64,000 bases of DNA. Source: Carpediemonas membranifera BICM. Lineage: Eukaryota; Protista; Fornicata. The position numbers and the translations under genes are program-made. The notes beneath the pieces are model-generated. The model was not told where the DNA came from. It made no database searches and worked only from the letters and a program-made list of their open reading frames with translations. Within the stretch, counting starts at the first letter, position 1. Every line of letters starts with the position of its first letter. The stretch is taken from contig JAHDYR010000036.1 in NCBI GenBank assembly GCA_019828565.1, positions 1 to 64,000 of the forward strand, given 5' to 3'. Positions 41,952 to 53,454 of the stretch are shown piece after piece.

Positions 41952-43088
41952 TTACTTGTAGAGTCTCTTGTATGTCTGGAGCTTATGGGCGCGCACCTCA
42001 AAGGCAAGCTGGGCCCGGTTCATGTGCTTCTGCCGCACAAGGTCGTCCATCGCATCCCGCTTCATCCTCGCGATGCCCGCCTCACGCTGCACAAGCGCGC
42101 TCTCCTGCCTGGCGGCCAACTCGTCCGCCCCGGGTGCAGTGATACGGAGCGCCTGCCTGTAGACGTTCCGGTACTCTCTGGTACCCACTGTACGGCCGTT
42201 GCCCAGCACCAGCTCTCCAGTGTGCTTGACGTGGAGCTGGGCCCTGTCCATCGCCTCGTTCTTCCGCTCGTAGTCGTAAAAGTGCTCATACTCTTCGTAG
42301 TCCAGGTCGTCGCGGTACCGCATGCGGCAGTGGTGCTTGCCGACCATGTGCTGTTGCACGTCCTTGAGCTGCTTAAAGACGCGGCCGCAGTAGACACAGA
42401 AGTGACCCTGGCCGACCTTCTTGCTAAGGAAGTCGAACAAGCCCTCCTTGTCGCTGCAGTACGGCTCGTCCGCGACATGGAAGCCGTGACAATGAGTCAT
42501 ATGGTGTCTAGCGGCATCCTTGGTCTCGAACTCCTCAGGGCAGAAGAGGCAGCGGGTCTCGGCGATGGGGTCGCGGGTCGCCATCAGCTCGAGGTACGCT
42601 TCCTCGTCGTACATGGCATCAACCCACTCGTCGTCACTCATGTCGAAGTCCTCGAGGCCCTCGAGATCCTTGTCGGTGTGTCTTGGGACGTCTGGGTGCT
42701 TCTCGCCCTCAATCACCTTGGCAGGCATCGGGGCATGGCCGCTCGCCTTGATATGCTGGTCATACGCCTTCTGGGATGAGAAGGACTTGCCGCAGGTGCC
42801 ACAACCGTACCTCTTCTTTTCCTTTCGGCCCTTTGTGCGAGCTCGCTGAGTGCTTGAGGCGGCACTAAGCTCCCTTTCGGCGAGCTGCTGCTCAGACAAG
42901 GGCTGGTAGTTCTCTGTACGTCTGAGGATGTTCTGCTTGTGCAAATCACTCTTGTAGTGCTCCTTCATCTCGGAAAGATCGACAAAACGAAGATGGCACG
43001 CAAGACAGGAGAAGCCTGAAGGTTTAGACTGCTGCTGCTGCGCGTTAGCAGCGTCAGGAACGCCAATTACCTCATACCCTGATAGCAT
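41952..43088 (-). CDS. REI1: Pre-60S factor REI1/ZNF622
   Basis: C..C...HYKSDLHKQNILRR, CLFC...HMTHCHGF, C.YC...HMVGKHHC, ELVL.NGRTVG.R. Confidence 0.93.
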   Translation of the reverse strand: MLSGYEVIGVPDAANAQQQQSKPSGFSCLACHLRFVDLSEMKEHYKSDLHKQNILRRTENYQPLSEQQLAERELSAASSTQRARTKGRKEKKRYGCGTCGKSFSSQKAYDQHIKASGHAPMPAKVIEGEKHPDVPRHTDKDLEGLEDFDMSDDEWVDAMYDEEAYLELMATRDPIAETRCLFCPEEFETKDAARHHMTHCHGFHVADEPYCSDKEGLFDFLSKKVGQGHFCVYCGRVFKQLKDVQQHMVGKHHCRMRYRDDLDYEEYEHFYDYERKNEAMDRAQLHVKHTGELVLGNGRTVGTREYRNVYRQALRITAPGADELAARQESALVQREAGIARMKRDAMDDLVRQKHMNRAQLAFEVRAHKLQTYKRLYK

Positions 43089-43158
43089 AAGAGTTTCGCT
43101 CAACTGACTGCGATCAAGTTAAAAGAGTTACGTGCCATGAGATGAAGGTTTAACCGAT

Positions 43159-43473
43159 TTAGCCGAAAAGATCGAAGCCCATGTCGGAGTCAGACTCGGA
43201 CTCCTCAGCGGGCTCCTCGGCGGCCTCCTCAGTAGCGGCGGCGGCGCCAGCGGCAGCGGGGGCAGCACCACCAGTGGGGACGGTGGCGAGCTTCTCAGCA
43301 CCAGCGGCGATAACCTCCTCGAGGTCCTTGCCAGCGAGCTCAGAAACGATCAGATCAGCCTGAGCAGCATCAGCATCGATGCCGACGGCGGAAAGAACAG
43401 CAGCCATGTCCTTAGCGGAGGGAGCGGCGTTGCCACCGAGGACGCAAAGCATATAAGCAGCAAGAGACTTCAT
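43159..43473 (-). CDS. RPLP2: 60S acidic ribosomal protein P2
   Basis: [15 protein letters not shown]...[13 protein letters not shown]...[12 protein letters not shown]. Confidence 0.97.
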   Translation of the reverse strand: MKSLAAYMLCVLGGNAAPSAKDMAAVLSAVGIDADAAQADLIVSELAGKDLEEVIAAGAEKLATVPTGGAAPAAAGAAAATEEAAEEPAEESESDSDMGFDLFG

Positions 43474-44082
43474 ATCTGCATAAATAACCTCATAAGCGAC
43501 GTACCCAAGAACCTGTCGTGTCCTAAAGGGAGAAGCCAAAAAAACCTCACTCGAAGCAAAAATGGCTCAAACAATTTTATAACGATGGAGGGAACACTCT
43601 GGCTGTCGCGGAAGGATTGCATGCAGGCAGGATTAGTGATCGCTTTATTGAGAGGTCGGGAACGACTCAGGCGTGGTTACTGATGCCACAAGTTTTAGAA
43701 TTAAGACGTTGACATTGCTGAAACATGAGCGAGCGCAGTGGGTTAGATATTGTTACTGCAGTGCAAGGCCCACCCTGCCGTCCTTGTGTCTGCGTGGCTA
43801 ACAGACCACGGTTCCTGAGACCGGTCACTGAGGCGGCCGACCAATGAACTGCCCTGTGGGGGAACGGGAACAGGTTGGGGTGGCTATGAGTACAAGCAAT
43901 CGTGCCATTTATCGTCAGGGTATGTATTCGAGAGCATGAGGAAACGCGCAAGTGGCGGAGCGCGAGCTTGTGCGTTCTGACGTGGTGAATTTGTTTCATG
44001 GAGAGATTAGAAATGCTCGCGGGCTCTCTTGGCTGCAGTACCTTCACGGTCGGGTTGATAAGTCATAGGTCATGGCTCATAA

Positions 44083-44716
44083 AATGGCGATCAAGCATGA
44101 CCGGAAGATGATCAAGAAGGAAATGCGGTATCTAATCGCCTAGAAGCCCTTGAGAACAAGGAGAAGCACAGGGATATTGTCCACGGATGCAGAAAGCCCA
44201 CTCTCACCAAGCACGCCGACATTGCCTTCGAGGAGGACCAACTGCGCAAGGCCGGCATTAACCCAGCCATCGACGACCGTGTCAGCTTCGTCTTCGGCCA
44301 GACCATCGGGGAGGAAGACCGCCGCACTCTGATGACATCAGGGACGTCCAAGAATCTCTCCAGATTTCTATGCGTGATGAACGGCGTGTGCACGAAGCAT
44401 CTGCGAGTGACGGCCATGTCCGTGACGATACGGGTTGACAAGGAGGCCCATGCGACCAACCCTGAACTGCCGAAGCTTGTGTCAGTCTACACTATCAGAA
44501 TCGAGGACCACACATCCGATGACACGGCGATACAGTTCCTGACCGACGGCATGCTGATCCGTCAGATTCTGTCAGACCCCGAATCTCCTCCTGCTCTGTG
44601 CTCATGATTGACGAGGTCCACGAGAGCAGACATCATCCTCGCGATGGCCAAGCAGCTTTTACTCGCCCGTAACGACCGTGCCAGACACTGGTACGACCCG
44701 TTCGCCTGCTTCTGAA
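44083..44716 (+). pseudogene. DEAH-box RNA helicase fragment, decayed
   Basis: RVTAMSV..RV, YTIRIEDHTSDDTAIQFLTDGMLIRQILSDP, frameshifted MIDEVHE; no Walker A motif or C-terminal half. Confidence 0.8.
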
Positions 44717-45729
44717 AGTGGTGACCAGAGATCTCAGAGGCTGGCTCTGTGACGCTTTCATTTTTGGACAAAACAAAACAGTGTCCAAAGTCGTAGAACA
44801 TGGGAAACACCGAGGTAAGAGCTGCTGGGAACATCTCGTCTCAACAGGAACACGAGTATAACCGAGAGGAGCACGGTGGAAGGTACGCTGTGCGTTTCCC
44901 CGCTGGAAGTTTCTAAGCTCACGTCGAGACCAGCGAAAGTAAACCATCTGGATGCTTGGCGGTTACAGTAGCGTTAGTAGCGTTGAATTATCGCCAAACT
45001 CGTGAAGCTCGAACATCCTTTCTCAGATTCATTCACAAATTTGAAACTTTGCCTCCTTCCATCGATCCGAGGTGGCCAAGATGTTGCAGGGGAGCAAGCT
45101 TAGCACTACCGAGGCAGGATGATGTCAGCAGGCTGAACAATGTGACTCAAGAAACCAGGCCGAGTGATGCGACGTCTGGACGAGACCCACATCATGAAAG
45201 AATGAATGGAATGATAGCCGCAATTGCGCCAAAACCGACACCAGTGAAGCTCTGCACGACACTGCCCGCGCGGAGACTGACGCAGATATGTCCAAGACTT
45301 GGTGCAGAAGCGCGCCGATGCACGTCGTCGAACAAATGGAGGGTGATGCCACCCAAAAGATCCCCGACGGCGAGTTTATGCGTACCATCTCGCACCATAA
45401 TGGCACACTTTCCATTTCTAATAAACTTTCGAACCTGGCAATCATGCTCGCTCATCTCGACTACTGGATTTCCTGGATCTCGCTCTTCGGGCAGGATTAA
45501 TGGCGGTCTCCTTGGTATTGGGCTTGATCATCTCCTCCTCGAAGTCACCAGTGTCATGGGCATGGCTCTCCTCGCTGTCATTGTTGCTAACTACGCCCAG
45601 CCATGCCCGGGTTGGGTCAAAACTGGGTCATAATCACACCCCAAGCATCAGCGGGGCCAGCAAGCTTGGTGACACGGAGTTTACGGAGAATAGCAAGGTG
45701 CTGGCGCTCGAGTTTATCATTGACACCCC

Positions 45730-48700
45730 TCACCACAGCAGGCTGCATTGTGACATTGAGGCTGAGTTCATGAGGTTAGGGTTCATGTCCTCAACCCTGG
45801 TGTGAAGCCCGGCCACAATTGCAGCCGAAGGCACACGGCAAACACTGGCAAGCTGGTGTCGTACGGTGATTCGCACTCCACTAGCGGTCAGCAGATACGG
45901 AAGATCTCTCTTCATCTTGCCCTCAAGCTCGCCGATGAACTTGATGTCTTCAAGGTGCAGATGAGTGACGTTCTTGGGAATCCATAGCGATGAAAAGTCC
46001 ATGTTGGATTGAAGCGTCAGTGACCAAACACCTGCGGCCCCGTCAATGAGCGTCCACGGCCCCTTGTTGAAGACCTCCTTCGCCATCGTCCCGCCATCAC
46101 CGTCCCAGATCTCAAGATCACGCAGCTTTGGCATCTTCATTGCCTTGCGGCCATCAGGCCCGGGCTTGAAGACAACGCTGCTGAAGGACACGCGAACAAG
46201 GGCGGGGAAGGTGGTCTCGACCGTGCAGTGCAGAATCAGATTCGATAGATTCAGTGTGACAATCGTGCGAGGGAGCGAGTTCGGGTCGACCTCGACGTGC
46301 GAGAACTTGCTCCTGGAGCCCAGCGAGAGCTCGGTCAGCGGCCAGGCGGTGAGAGGGGACCGCTGCAAGCTTGGCATGGACCGGAAAGTGTTGCAAAAGT
46401 TGGACCCCTCGAAGTCTTGGGCGACGAGGCGGTTAAATTGCGGCGCGGCCATCACGAGAGAGCCATAGGCAAAGGAAAGGCCGCGCTTGGAGGCAAAGAC
46501 AGTGTCGACCGTCTGCCAGCGTGTCAGATTGGGTAGGTTGACCGTCTTGTCACTCGATAGAACGGTCGCGCCAATTGTTCGGAGAGTCGTGATGGTCGAG
46601 GGCAATCCTGCCAAGTCCAGAGTCGGCCGCAGTCTACGGCCGAGCAGGGCGCATGAGGAGCCGGCGTATACGGTGACATGCTTGAGCTTGGGCGCGGCCT
46701 TGACGAAGGGTGACTTAGGGAACAGAAGCCTGCATGCGTTTGAGGCGTAGTCAGCGATTGTCACGTCGCGGAGGCTGGGGCAGGCCAGGTCTAGCATGTG
46801 TTCGTCCGTGTTGAGCTGGCAATTCAAGAGGTTGAGCGTGGTGAGGTCCTTAAACTGCACACCCGCTACGAGTGTGATGTCTCTGCACAAGAGCCACTTG
46901 AGTGTGCGGGGGAGGTAGGTGAGGGGGAGCAGGGGCCACGACCCCTCCACGGCCCGGATGTCCAGGCAGGAGAGCGGGAGCCCACTGAAGGCCTCTGATA
47001 CGTCATGATAATTGCCGTTGTCCCTGCTGGTCCACTCAGGGAGAGAGATCGTCATGTTGCTCAGGGCTGGGAGGCATGGCACGACCGACGCCCAGTCAAC
47101 AAAGCACTCTGTCACCCTCGCGGCAAAGACGCGGGGCAGGGTCACTGTGCCGCCCGAGAGGTTGGCTGTCTCGACCTCCAGCCTGCTGAGGGACTGGGGC
47201 AGCGAGGAGACGTCGATCACGGAGTCCTGCATGGCACCGGTGCCCTCGACTTGGATGGAGTCAAGGATGGGCGCCTTGGCAGCAAAACGGCCGCCCTTGT
47301 CTGGCGGGAAGAACGAGCTGCAGGCCCTGGGCCCAACCACGAGCGAGGTGAGGCGCGGGAACACAGTCTGGGTGGTACCAGATGCCATTGGAAACTCGGC
47401 CATCATATTGAGGTGGGCAAGGTTCTCAAAGGCATGCGGCGTGTACTGCAGCTGTGGGCTCGAGCAGCGGACGACGGATGCAGAGAGCAGCGTGGTCCTG
47501 TCCTCGACCCTGGCCACAGTGGGGATGGCGCTGGGGTACCGCACGTGCTTGAGCGACGACGGGGGGATCTTCGAGAGCACCAGGGCGTTCGCACGGGGCA
47601 GCACGAGGCAGCCCGTGCTCTTCGGGCTGGACTTGTCCTTGATGAGGACGGCCTTGAGCCAGGCGGTGTGGATATTCGGGAGGACCGTCTCCTCCCTGAC
47701 GACGACGGAGCAGTACGTCACACTGAGCCTCGTCAGCGACCTGGGCAGTAGTCCCGCCTCGATGTCGGCGTCCTTCGAGCCCGACTGGAGCCGGTCCATG
47801 CAGACCGTCAGATGCTTCAGGGGGTGCTGGTAGATGAACTCTGAGCCCACCAAAGCGTTGATGGTCATGGCGCCGCCCTGGACGAGGGTCAGGCTCTCTA
47901 GGTGGGGCATCTGGAGGCTCGCCACGTTCTTGTCGTCGATCCAGCCTGTCCCGCGTGTGAGCTGGATAGGTCTTTCGGGGATAGCACACAACTCCACGCG
48001 GGTCAGCTTAAATTTCTTCAGGTTCTTAAATATCTTGGTTGCGGTGAGTGCGATGTTCAGGTCTGTGAGAGAGAGGCTCTCGACGCTGTCGGGGACCCTG
48101 TTGAGGTTGATGGTATAGCCCGTGTCCCGCATCCCGGCGAGCTCGAGGACCTTCAAGAGGGAATCCGGGGCGTAGTCGATGCAGTGGATGAAAAAGTCGA
48201 CCGCGGAGTGCATCGACTTGACGCTGAGAGTGTGCAGGGATGGTGCGATGAGAATGGGGGCCCTGGAGGCGTCGACCTTCTTATTGGGGCGGGAGGACGG
48301 GATGAACATGGTCTTCGTGCCGATGCTGAGGACACGGAGCGACGGACAGATGAACTCTGAGCTTACGGTGTACTCCAATCCATTCAACACGACCTCCTCG
48401 ATGTAGAAGGGGAGCTTGGACAGATCCAGCGGGGCGTGGGGCATGTCCGCAGGATCCCACATCGTCCAATCCACAGTCAATCGGGTCAGCCCGGTGTAGG
48501 GGGCGGCCACGGCTATGAACGGGTCCGGCATGGGCTGGCGGATGGTCACCTCGTTGACCCCCTTGGAGTCGAACTTCGGGTACGGCGTGCGGGTTGCCTT
48601 CGTGTGATTGTCGACGTGCGTGACGCGTAGAGGGCCGCCGTTTGACAGGAATACTCTCCAGTTTAGCTCCATGAGCTTCGTAATGGCCTCGCCGGGGACC

Positions 48701-48954
48701 GTATAGCCGCCCTTGCTGAGGAAGTATAGCATGTCCCGGTTGATGAAGAAGAAGGACAGGCGGAGCTCAAAATCAAACGATTGTTGCAGCTCACCGAACA
48801 AAAGGTCCGCGCGATCGATGTAGCGCTGGAATAACTTGTGCAACACCTTGTGTGGAAGGGAAAGAAGCAGTTCAATGCCGATAGGATGCGGAACGGCCAT
48901 ATCAAACTCCATGTTCGGCAGGAAGATCCTATCCACGTCTGTGGCGTAATCCAT
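45730..48954 (-). CDS. Large divergent leucine-rich repeat-like protein (start uncertain)
   Basis: >1000-codon ORF with recurring LP.SL..L.L and P.L..L.L units. Confidence 0.75.
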   Translation of the reverse strand: MDYATDVDRIFLPNMEFDMAVPHPIGIELLLSLPHKVLHKLFQRYIDRADLLFGELQQSFDFELRLSFFFINRDMLYFLSKGGYTVPGEAITKLMELNWRVFLSNGGPLRVTHVDNHTKATRTPYPKFDSKGVNEVTIRQPMPDPFIAVAAPYTGLTRLTVDWTMWDPADMPHAPLDLSKLPFYIEEVVLNGLEYTVSSEFICPSLRVLSIGTKTMFIPSSRPNKKVDASRAPILIAPSLHTLSVKSMHSAVDFFIHCIDYAPDSLLKVLELAGMRDTGYTINLNRVPDSVESLSLTDLNIALTATKIFKNLKKFKLTRVELCAIPERPIQLTRGTGWIDDKNVASLQMPHLESLTLVQGGAMTINALVGSEFIYQHPLKHLTVCMDRLQSGSKDADIEAGLLPRSLTRLSVTYCSVVVREETVLPNIHTAWLKAVLIKDKSSPKSTGCLVLPRANALVLSKIPPSSLKHVRYPSAIPTVARVEDRTTLLSASVVRCSSPQLQYTPHAFENLAHLNMMAEFPMASGTTQTVFPRLTSLVVGPRACSSFFPPDKGGRFAAKAPILDSIQVEGTGAMQDSVIDVSSLPQSLSRLEVETANLSGGTVTLPRVFAARVTECFVDWASVVPCLPALSNMTISLPEWTSRDNGNYHDVSEAFSGLPLSCLDIRAVEGSWPLLPLTYLPRTLKWLLCRDITLVAGVQFKDLTTLNLLNCQLNTDEHMLDLACPSLRDVTIADYASNACRLLFPKSPFVKAAPKLKHVTVYAGSSCALLGRRLRPTLDLAGLPSTITTLRTIGATVLSSDKTVNLPNLTRWQTVDTVFASKRGLSFAYGSLVMAAPQFNRLVAQDFEGSNFCNTFRSMPSLQRSPLTAWPLTELSLGSRSKFSHVEVDPNSLPRTIVTLNLSNLILHCTVETTFPALVRVSFSSVVFKPGPDGRKAMKMPKLRDLEIWDGDGGTMAKEVFNKGPWTLIDGAAGVWSLTLQSNMDFSSLWIPKNVTHLHLEDIKFIGELEGKMKRDLPYLLTASGVRITVRHQLASVCRVPSAAIVAGLHTRVEDMNPNLMNSASMSQCSLLW

Positions 48955-49049
48955 GACGTGGTTTCCGTCCGCAGGAGCAAGATGTACGTCGGGGACCAAA
49001 ACCACGTAAATCGTGTAAATCCAGTGGTTAAATCGCATGTTTACAGTGG

Positions 49050-50100
49050 TTACACCCACACCTTGACAGTGGTGTCCCAGCTAGCGGTGGCGAGACCGTT
49101 CCCGTCGGGGCTGACCTGCAGCTGGCTCACACGGGTGCCGGACTCGAACTCGGCCACGCGACGGGCCTTGAGAGTATCCCAGGCGATGCAGCGGAAGTCG
49201 TCATACGCGGCAAAGAGGACACGACCGGATCTGCTAAATGATAGGCTCGTGGCGGGTGCGTTGACTTTCCTGTCCGTAAATTTCACCAGCTCACGATCAG
49301 CGCGAATATCAAATATACGGCAGGTAGAGTCGTCGCTGGCGGTACCAAATGCGAGTCCACTGGGGAAGAACTGAACAGCGTTGATGTCGAGCTCGTGGCC
49401 GGGGAAATGCTGCACGGAGCGGCCAGTCCGGAGGTCCCAGATGCGCGCCACCTTATCGAGGCCGCCAGACACGAAAGTGGAGTTATCAGGGGCCATCGAC
49501 ACTGACATTATGTCTTCTGAATGCTCTGTAAAGCTTTGTACCTTCTTTCTGGTCTCGAGGTCCCAGAGAATGACGCTCTGATCGGCCGACGAGGACAGCA
49601 GCTGGCGATCACTAACAAATCTAATGCAGGAAATATAACCAGTGTGTGATGCAAGCTCACGGCATGGCAGGATCGGGCGATCGCGAGTCTTCACGGGAAA
49701 CACAGAAACAATGTTGTCGAGACCACCACTTGCCACAAGATTACCGTTCGGAGAGTACGCGCAAGTCATGACCCATGCACTCTTCAGGGGTATAATCGCC
49801 ACCTTGTTCCCAGAAACGGCGTGCCAAATGAGAAGCTTGCCATCCTGTGAGGCCGAGAGCAAGTGTCTACTATCTGCGGCCCAATGCAACGAAAGCACCT
49901 TAGAAAGATGGCCAGGCATCTTGCGAACACATTTCATCTGCAAACGAGCAAGTGGTGGGACGTGGGACGCAGCATCAATAACTTTGTAAAAAGAACGGAA
50001 AGAACGAACGTGTTGTATCATTCTTCTTCTCCCTAGTTACTTCTATTTGCCTCTTTAGCTCCAAGGCCTCGTTTCTAGCTGACGCGAGGCGATCAGTCAT
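49050..50100 (-). CDS. GNB: Heterotrimeric G protein beta subunit; predicted 28-nt intron 49982-50009
   Basis: GHLSKV, SASQDGKLLIW, WVMTCAYSP, TASWDTTVKVW; the N-terminal coiled-coil exon joins in frame through GTTCGT...AAG. Confidence 0.96.
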
Positions 50101-50343
50101 GCAACAGGCAAGATGTGGTGATGTTCCATCAATCCTTAAATACACGCTAAATAGAGATTTACTGCAGCACCCTACCGAAGGGGGTTGCAGCCCGCGGGCA
50201 TGCGGGGGGCCGTAGCTTAACCATTGTAACAACGCAAAACTCGATAACCAGCGTGGTCACAATCAACCCTTGAGTCGGACGTTGACATCAACCATTCTTG
50301 CTGTGATACGATAGTAGCTACTTCCACATTAAATAACATAGCT

Positions 50344-51480
50344 TTACTCCGTGTTCGAGGGGCTGAGGGCCTCTGAGCTGTCCCTCTGATCCCCTGACCC
50401 CTTGGGCCCAGCTGGGGTGTGCTCGTCCTTGGCGGCAACAACGGCTCCAAGACGAGCCACAAGATCCGCAGAATCTCTAAATTCAGCAAGATTCTGCATA
50501 GATTCAGACGTGACACGCCCCTTCATCATCCGCATCACATGCGCCCGAATAAGCTTCCGTTTTGACTTGTCATCCACATTATCGAGCGAATCTGTGATCG
50601 AAATGTATCTTCGGCACATATCCTTCAGATCCGCAAGATCCGGGTTCTGCATCTTTGGATTAAACACACCAGGGTTAGCCAAAATTGGGACACCAGCCAT
50701 GACCGCCACCGCGCCAATCTGCTCCATGACCAGCGCAGCCTTCTCCACGGAGTCCACAGCGCCGTTAACGACGAGCGGCACCTTTCCGTTGATTTCTTGA
50801 GCGATCTTGGCGACAACATCGTAGTAAGGGGCACCCTGACCCTTCATGGCCGTGGTTCGAGCATGCACTGTCAGCATCTGACAGCCTGCATCTAGGAGCA
50901 TGCGCACATACGCCAGGGTGCGTGGGACGTCTGGCTTCATCGGGTCCTCGTCGTCATGCTGGAGCCTGATCTTGCATGTGACAGGAATGCTCAGCTTGCG
51001 GTGCAGTGTGTTCACGACCTCGTATACCGCGGGCCAGTTAGTTGCTAGATAGGCGCCGTAGACCCCCTTCCGAGCTATCCCCTGGGGGCACCCGAGGTTG
51101 AGGTCAACGGCGGCACAGTCCTTCTCAACAAGCTGAGCGGCTTCAAGGACTACTTTGGGGTCGTGTCCAGCGAGCTGAACGATGAGCGGGGTGTCGTTGC
51201 CGTTGGTCTGATGCATGGAGTCCCGGCAGGCGGCGCTCTCAGTAAAGACGCGGGCATGGTACATGGGAGAGAAGCACAGCTGGCAACCGTGCTCACGGAC
51301 AAGCATACGGAAGGGAAGATCGCTGCCAGCAACCATAGGGGCCAGGCTATACCGTGGGGACCCGATAGCACGAAACATTGCCCATCCTGAGGGCTTGGAG
51401 GGGTAATCGAGGATGAAATCCTCGTCTTTGCGCTTGGGAACGTCAAAGCACGGCTTTCTGTCCACGGTGGGCTCTGGCAT
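50344..51480 (-). CDS. DUS1: tRNA-dihydrouridine synthase, DUS1-like
   Basis: LAPMVAGSDLPFR, DLNLGCPQGIARKG.YGAYL, PVTCKIR, LTVHAR. Confidence 0.92.
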   Translation of the reverse strand: MPEPTVDRKPCFDVPKRKDEDFILDYPSKPSGWAMFRAIGSPRYSLAPMVAGSDLPFRMLVREHGCQLCFSPMYHARVFTESAACRDSMHQTNGNDTPLIVQLAGHDPKVVLEAAQLVEKDCAAVDLNLGCPQGIARKGVYGAYLATNWPAVYEVVNTLHRKLSIPVTCKIRLQHDDEDPMKPDVPRTLAYVRMLLDAGCQMLTVHARTTAMKGQGAPYYDVVAKIAQEINGKVPLVVNGAVDSVEKAALVMEQIGAVAVMAGVPILANPGVFNPKMQNPDLADLKDMCRRYISITDSLDNVDDKSKRKLIRAHVMRMMKGRVTSESMQNLAEFRDSADLVARLGAVVAAKDEHTPAGPKGSGDQRDSSEALSPSNTE

Positions 51481-51669
51481 TTAGTTTTCTGTCCACAAGA
51501 CTCGTCAGGCACCCTTCGGTTTTGAATGAATCGAACGGGTCACCGGCTGAGTCAAAATACCGCGCATGCATCATATGTGGGTGAGAGAGTGGCGTCGGCA
51601 GGCTTTTTTGAGACTCGAGACGGTTCCGATCAAACGATGCCAAAATCAATCAGACGAGCAGGTTCTGTT

Positions 51670-52332
51670 ATGATGAGCTTTCTTCGCGGAATCGTCCTCC
51701 TTTCTCTTCTTTCGGCAGTCCTTTGTGTTAGCTTCGATATGAACATCAGCAAACCAGCCAGGACATGCGGCGTTACCCTCGTTGACGATGCAGGCACCCA
51801 GATCATTCCAGTAACGAGCACGGGACAAGTTCGCTTCCCGTCTCTGTCCGAGGGTCGTTCATACGTCTACATCTCCTGTGATACCGAGGTTTATCCCACC
51901 TATGTCCTCCTTGCGACAGGCGACGAGGTGTCGCTCTCCCGTATGCTCCCCTCAGGCAAGCTGAAGACTATCGCGAACCCCACAGGCCCCATCCGCCCCA
52001 GCAACCAGTTCCGCTTCCACAACTACACCCCTGAAGTGGGCCCCTCTCTTGTTGATAAGCTCAAGGGCAACAAAAAGATGCTCATCATGGCCGGCGTCTT
52101 CGGATTCATGTTTATTACCAGTCGGATGAGCAAGAACATCGCCCCCGCTGCCCCCACGACCGGCGAGGCCAAACCCACTGCTGATAGAACGAACCTCTCC
52201 CTCAAGGACGTCTTCGAGGCCCCTGCCGGACCCCAGGGCGGTGGGTTCATGGGGCAGATGAAGGCGATGGTGGAGGAGCAGAAGAAGATGATCGAGGCTC
52301 AGCAGGAGTCGGCTGCTAAGAAGTCGAATTAG
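51670..52332 (+). CDS. Single-pass membrane protein, EMC7-like
   Basis: Signal peptide, TGQVRFPSLSEGRSY beta motif, one C-terminal TM helix. Confidence 0.55.
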   Translation: MMSFLRGIVLLSLLSAVLCVSFDMNISKPARTCGVTLVDDAGTQIIPVTSTGQVRFPSLSEGRSYVYISCDTEVYPTYVLLATGDEVSLSRMLPSGKLKTIANPTGPIRPSNQFRFHNYTPEVGPSLVDKLKGNKKMLIMAGVFGFMFITSRMSKNIAPAAPTTGEAKPTADRTNLSLKDVFEAPAGPQGGGFMGQMKAMVEEQKKMIEAQQESAAKKSN

Positions 52333-52692
52333 GGTGCTGGTTGCGTGTCCACTAAACTTACAATATTCACCTTGACATGATACATGTTGTACGCCGGCAT
52401 TCTCTCATTATCAGTGCACGGAGACCTCTTCATGCCGTGTTTATGCATGTTGGGCGGCTCAGGCGGTGACCCAAACAGCAATAAAGGGATTGTTTGCCCT
52501 AGCTGTACCGCATGGCCGAAGCACATTCTGCCGGCGCTCAGTTAAGCTGTTTCATAAAGATTTTGTCATAAAGATGAAGCCCTATCCATCCACGGCATCG
52601 AGTGTCATTGACACCACAGGACTAGGAGGGAGTCGCCTCTGATCGTGGTGACCAGGAACTGGCCAGTCCTAATAAGAAAGGCCCCCTTTATC

Positions 52693-53306
52693 TTAACATC
52701 CGCACCCACCACTCTTGTCGTCATCTAGCAGCTTGGTCATCCCTCCGTCGGCGACAAGGGCGGAGGACTTCTTGGGGAGCTTGTCGGCGAGCTCTTTGAA
52801 CAGCTCGGTGATCCCATAGTTCGACAGCGCAGACGTCTCGTGGAAAATAAGGCCCTCTGCTACGGCATATTCTTGTGCTTCCTGGATGGTCACCTTGTGG
52901 TTGGGGAGGTCGCGCTTGTTGCCAGCAAGGGCGATGGTGGTGGTCTCACGCTGCTCCTCCTTCAGCTGCTGCACCCACTTCTTCGCCTTCTCGTATGAAT
53001 TGCGGTCAGTGACGTCGTAGACGACTACGGCGGCGGGAGCTCCACGGTAGTACATGGGGGCAAGGGAGTGGTAGCGCTCCTGGCCAGCAGTATCCCAAAT
53101 TTCAAATCTAACGGTATAATCCTGGCAGGAGATGTTACGAGCTAGGAACGCTGCTCCTACGTCAGTTATTGGAGCTAGGGTAACAAACCAATGGTGGGCT
53201 CCTGCGATTCTGTGAACTCATTGCGCACGAAGCGGAGCGTGATGGAAGATTTTCCAACCGCTGATTCTCCGAGGAGAACCAGCTTCATGGAATGAGTTTT
53301 CTGCAT
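52693..53306 (-). CDS. RAB5: Rab5 family GTPase; predicted 32-nt intron 53157-53188
   Basis: [23 protein letters not shown] across the intron, [21 protein letters not shown]-terminal CGC. Confidence 0.96.
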
Positions 53307-53454
53307 TGTCTCTAGTCTCGAATGTGCAGTTTATGACGCGGCCATCAAATCGCCGCGCAGGGCGCGCTTTGCCTCTCAGCAGCGTGGGCGAGTGCAAACA
53401 TAACGCCGCTGGAGGGATAGCACTCATAATTCGTGCAGTATAACGACGTGTACC

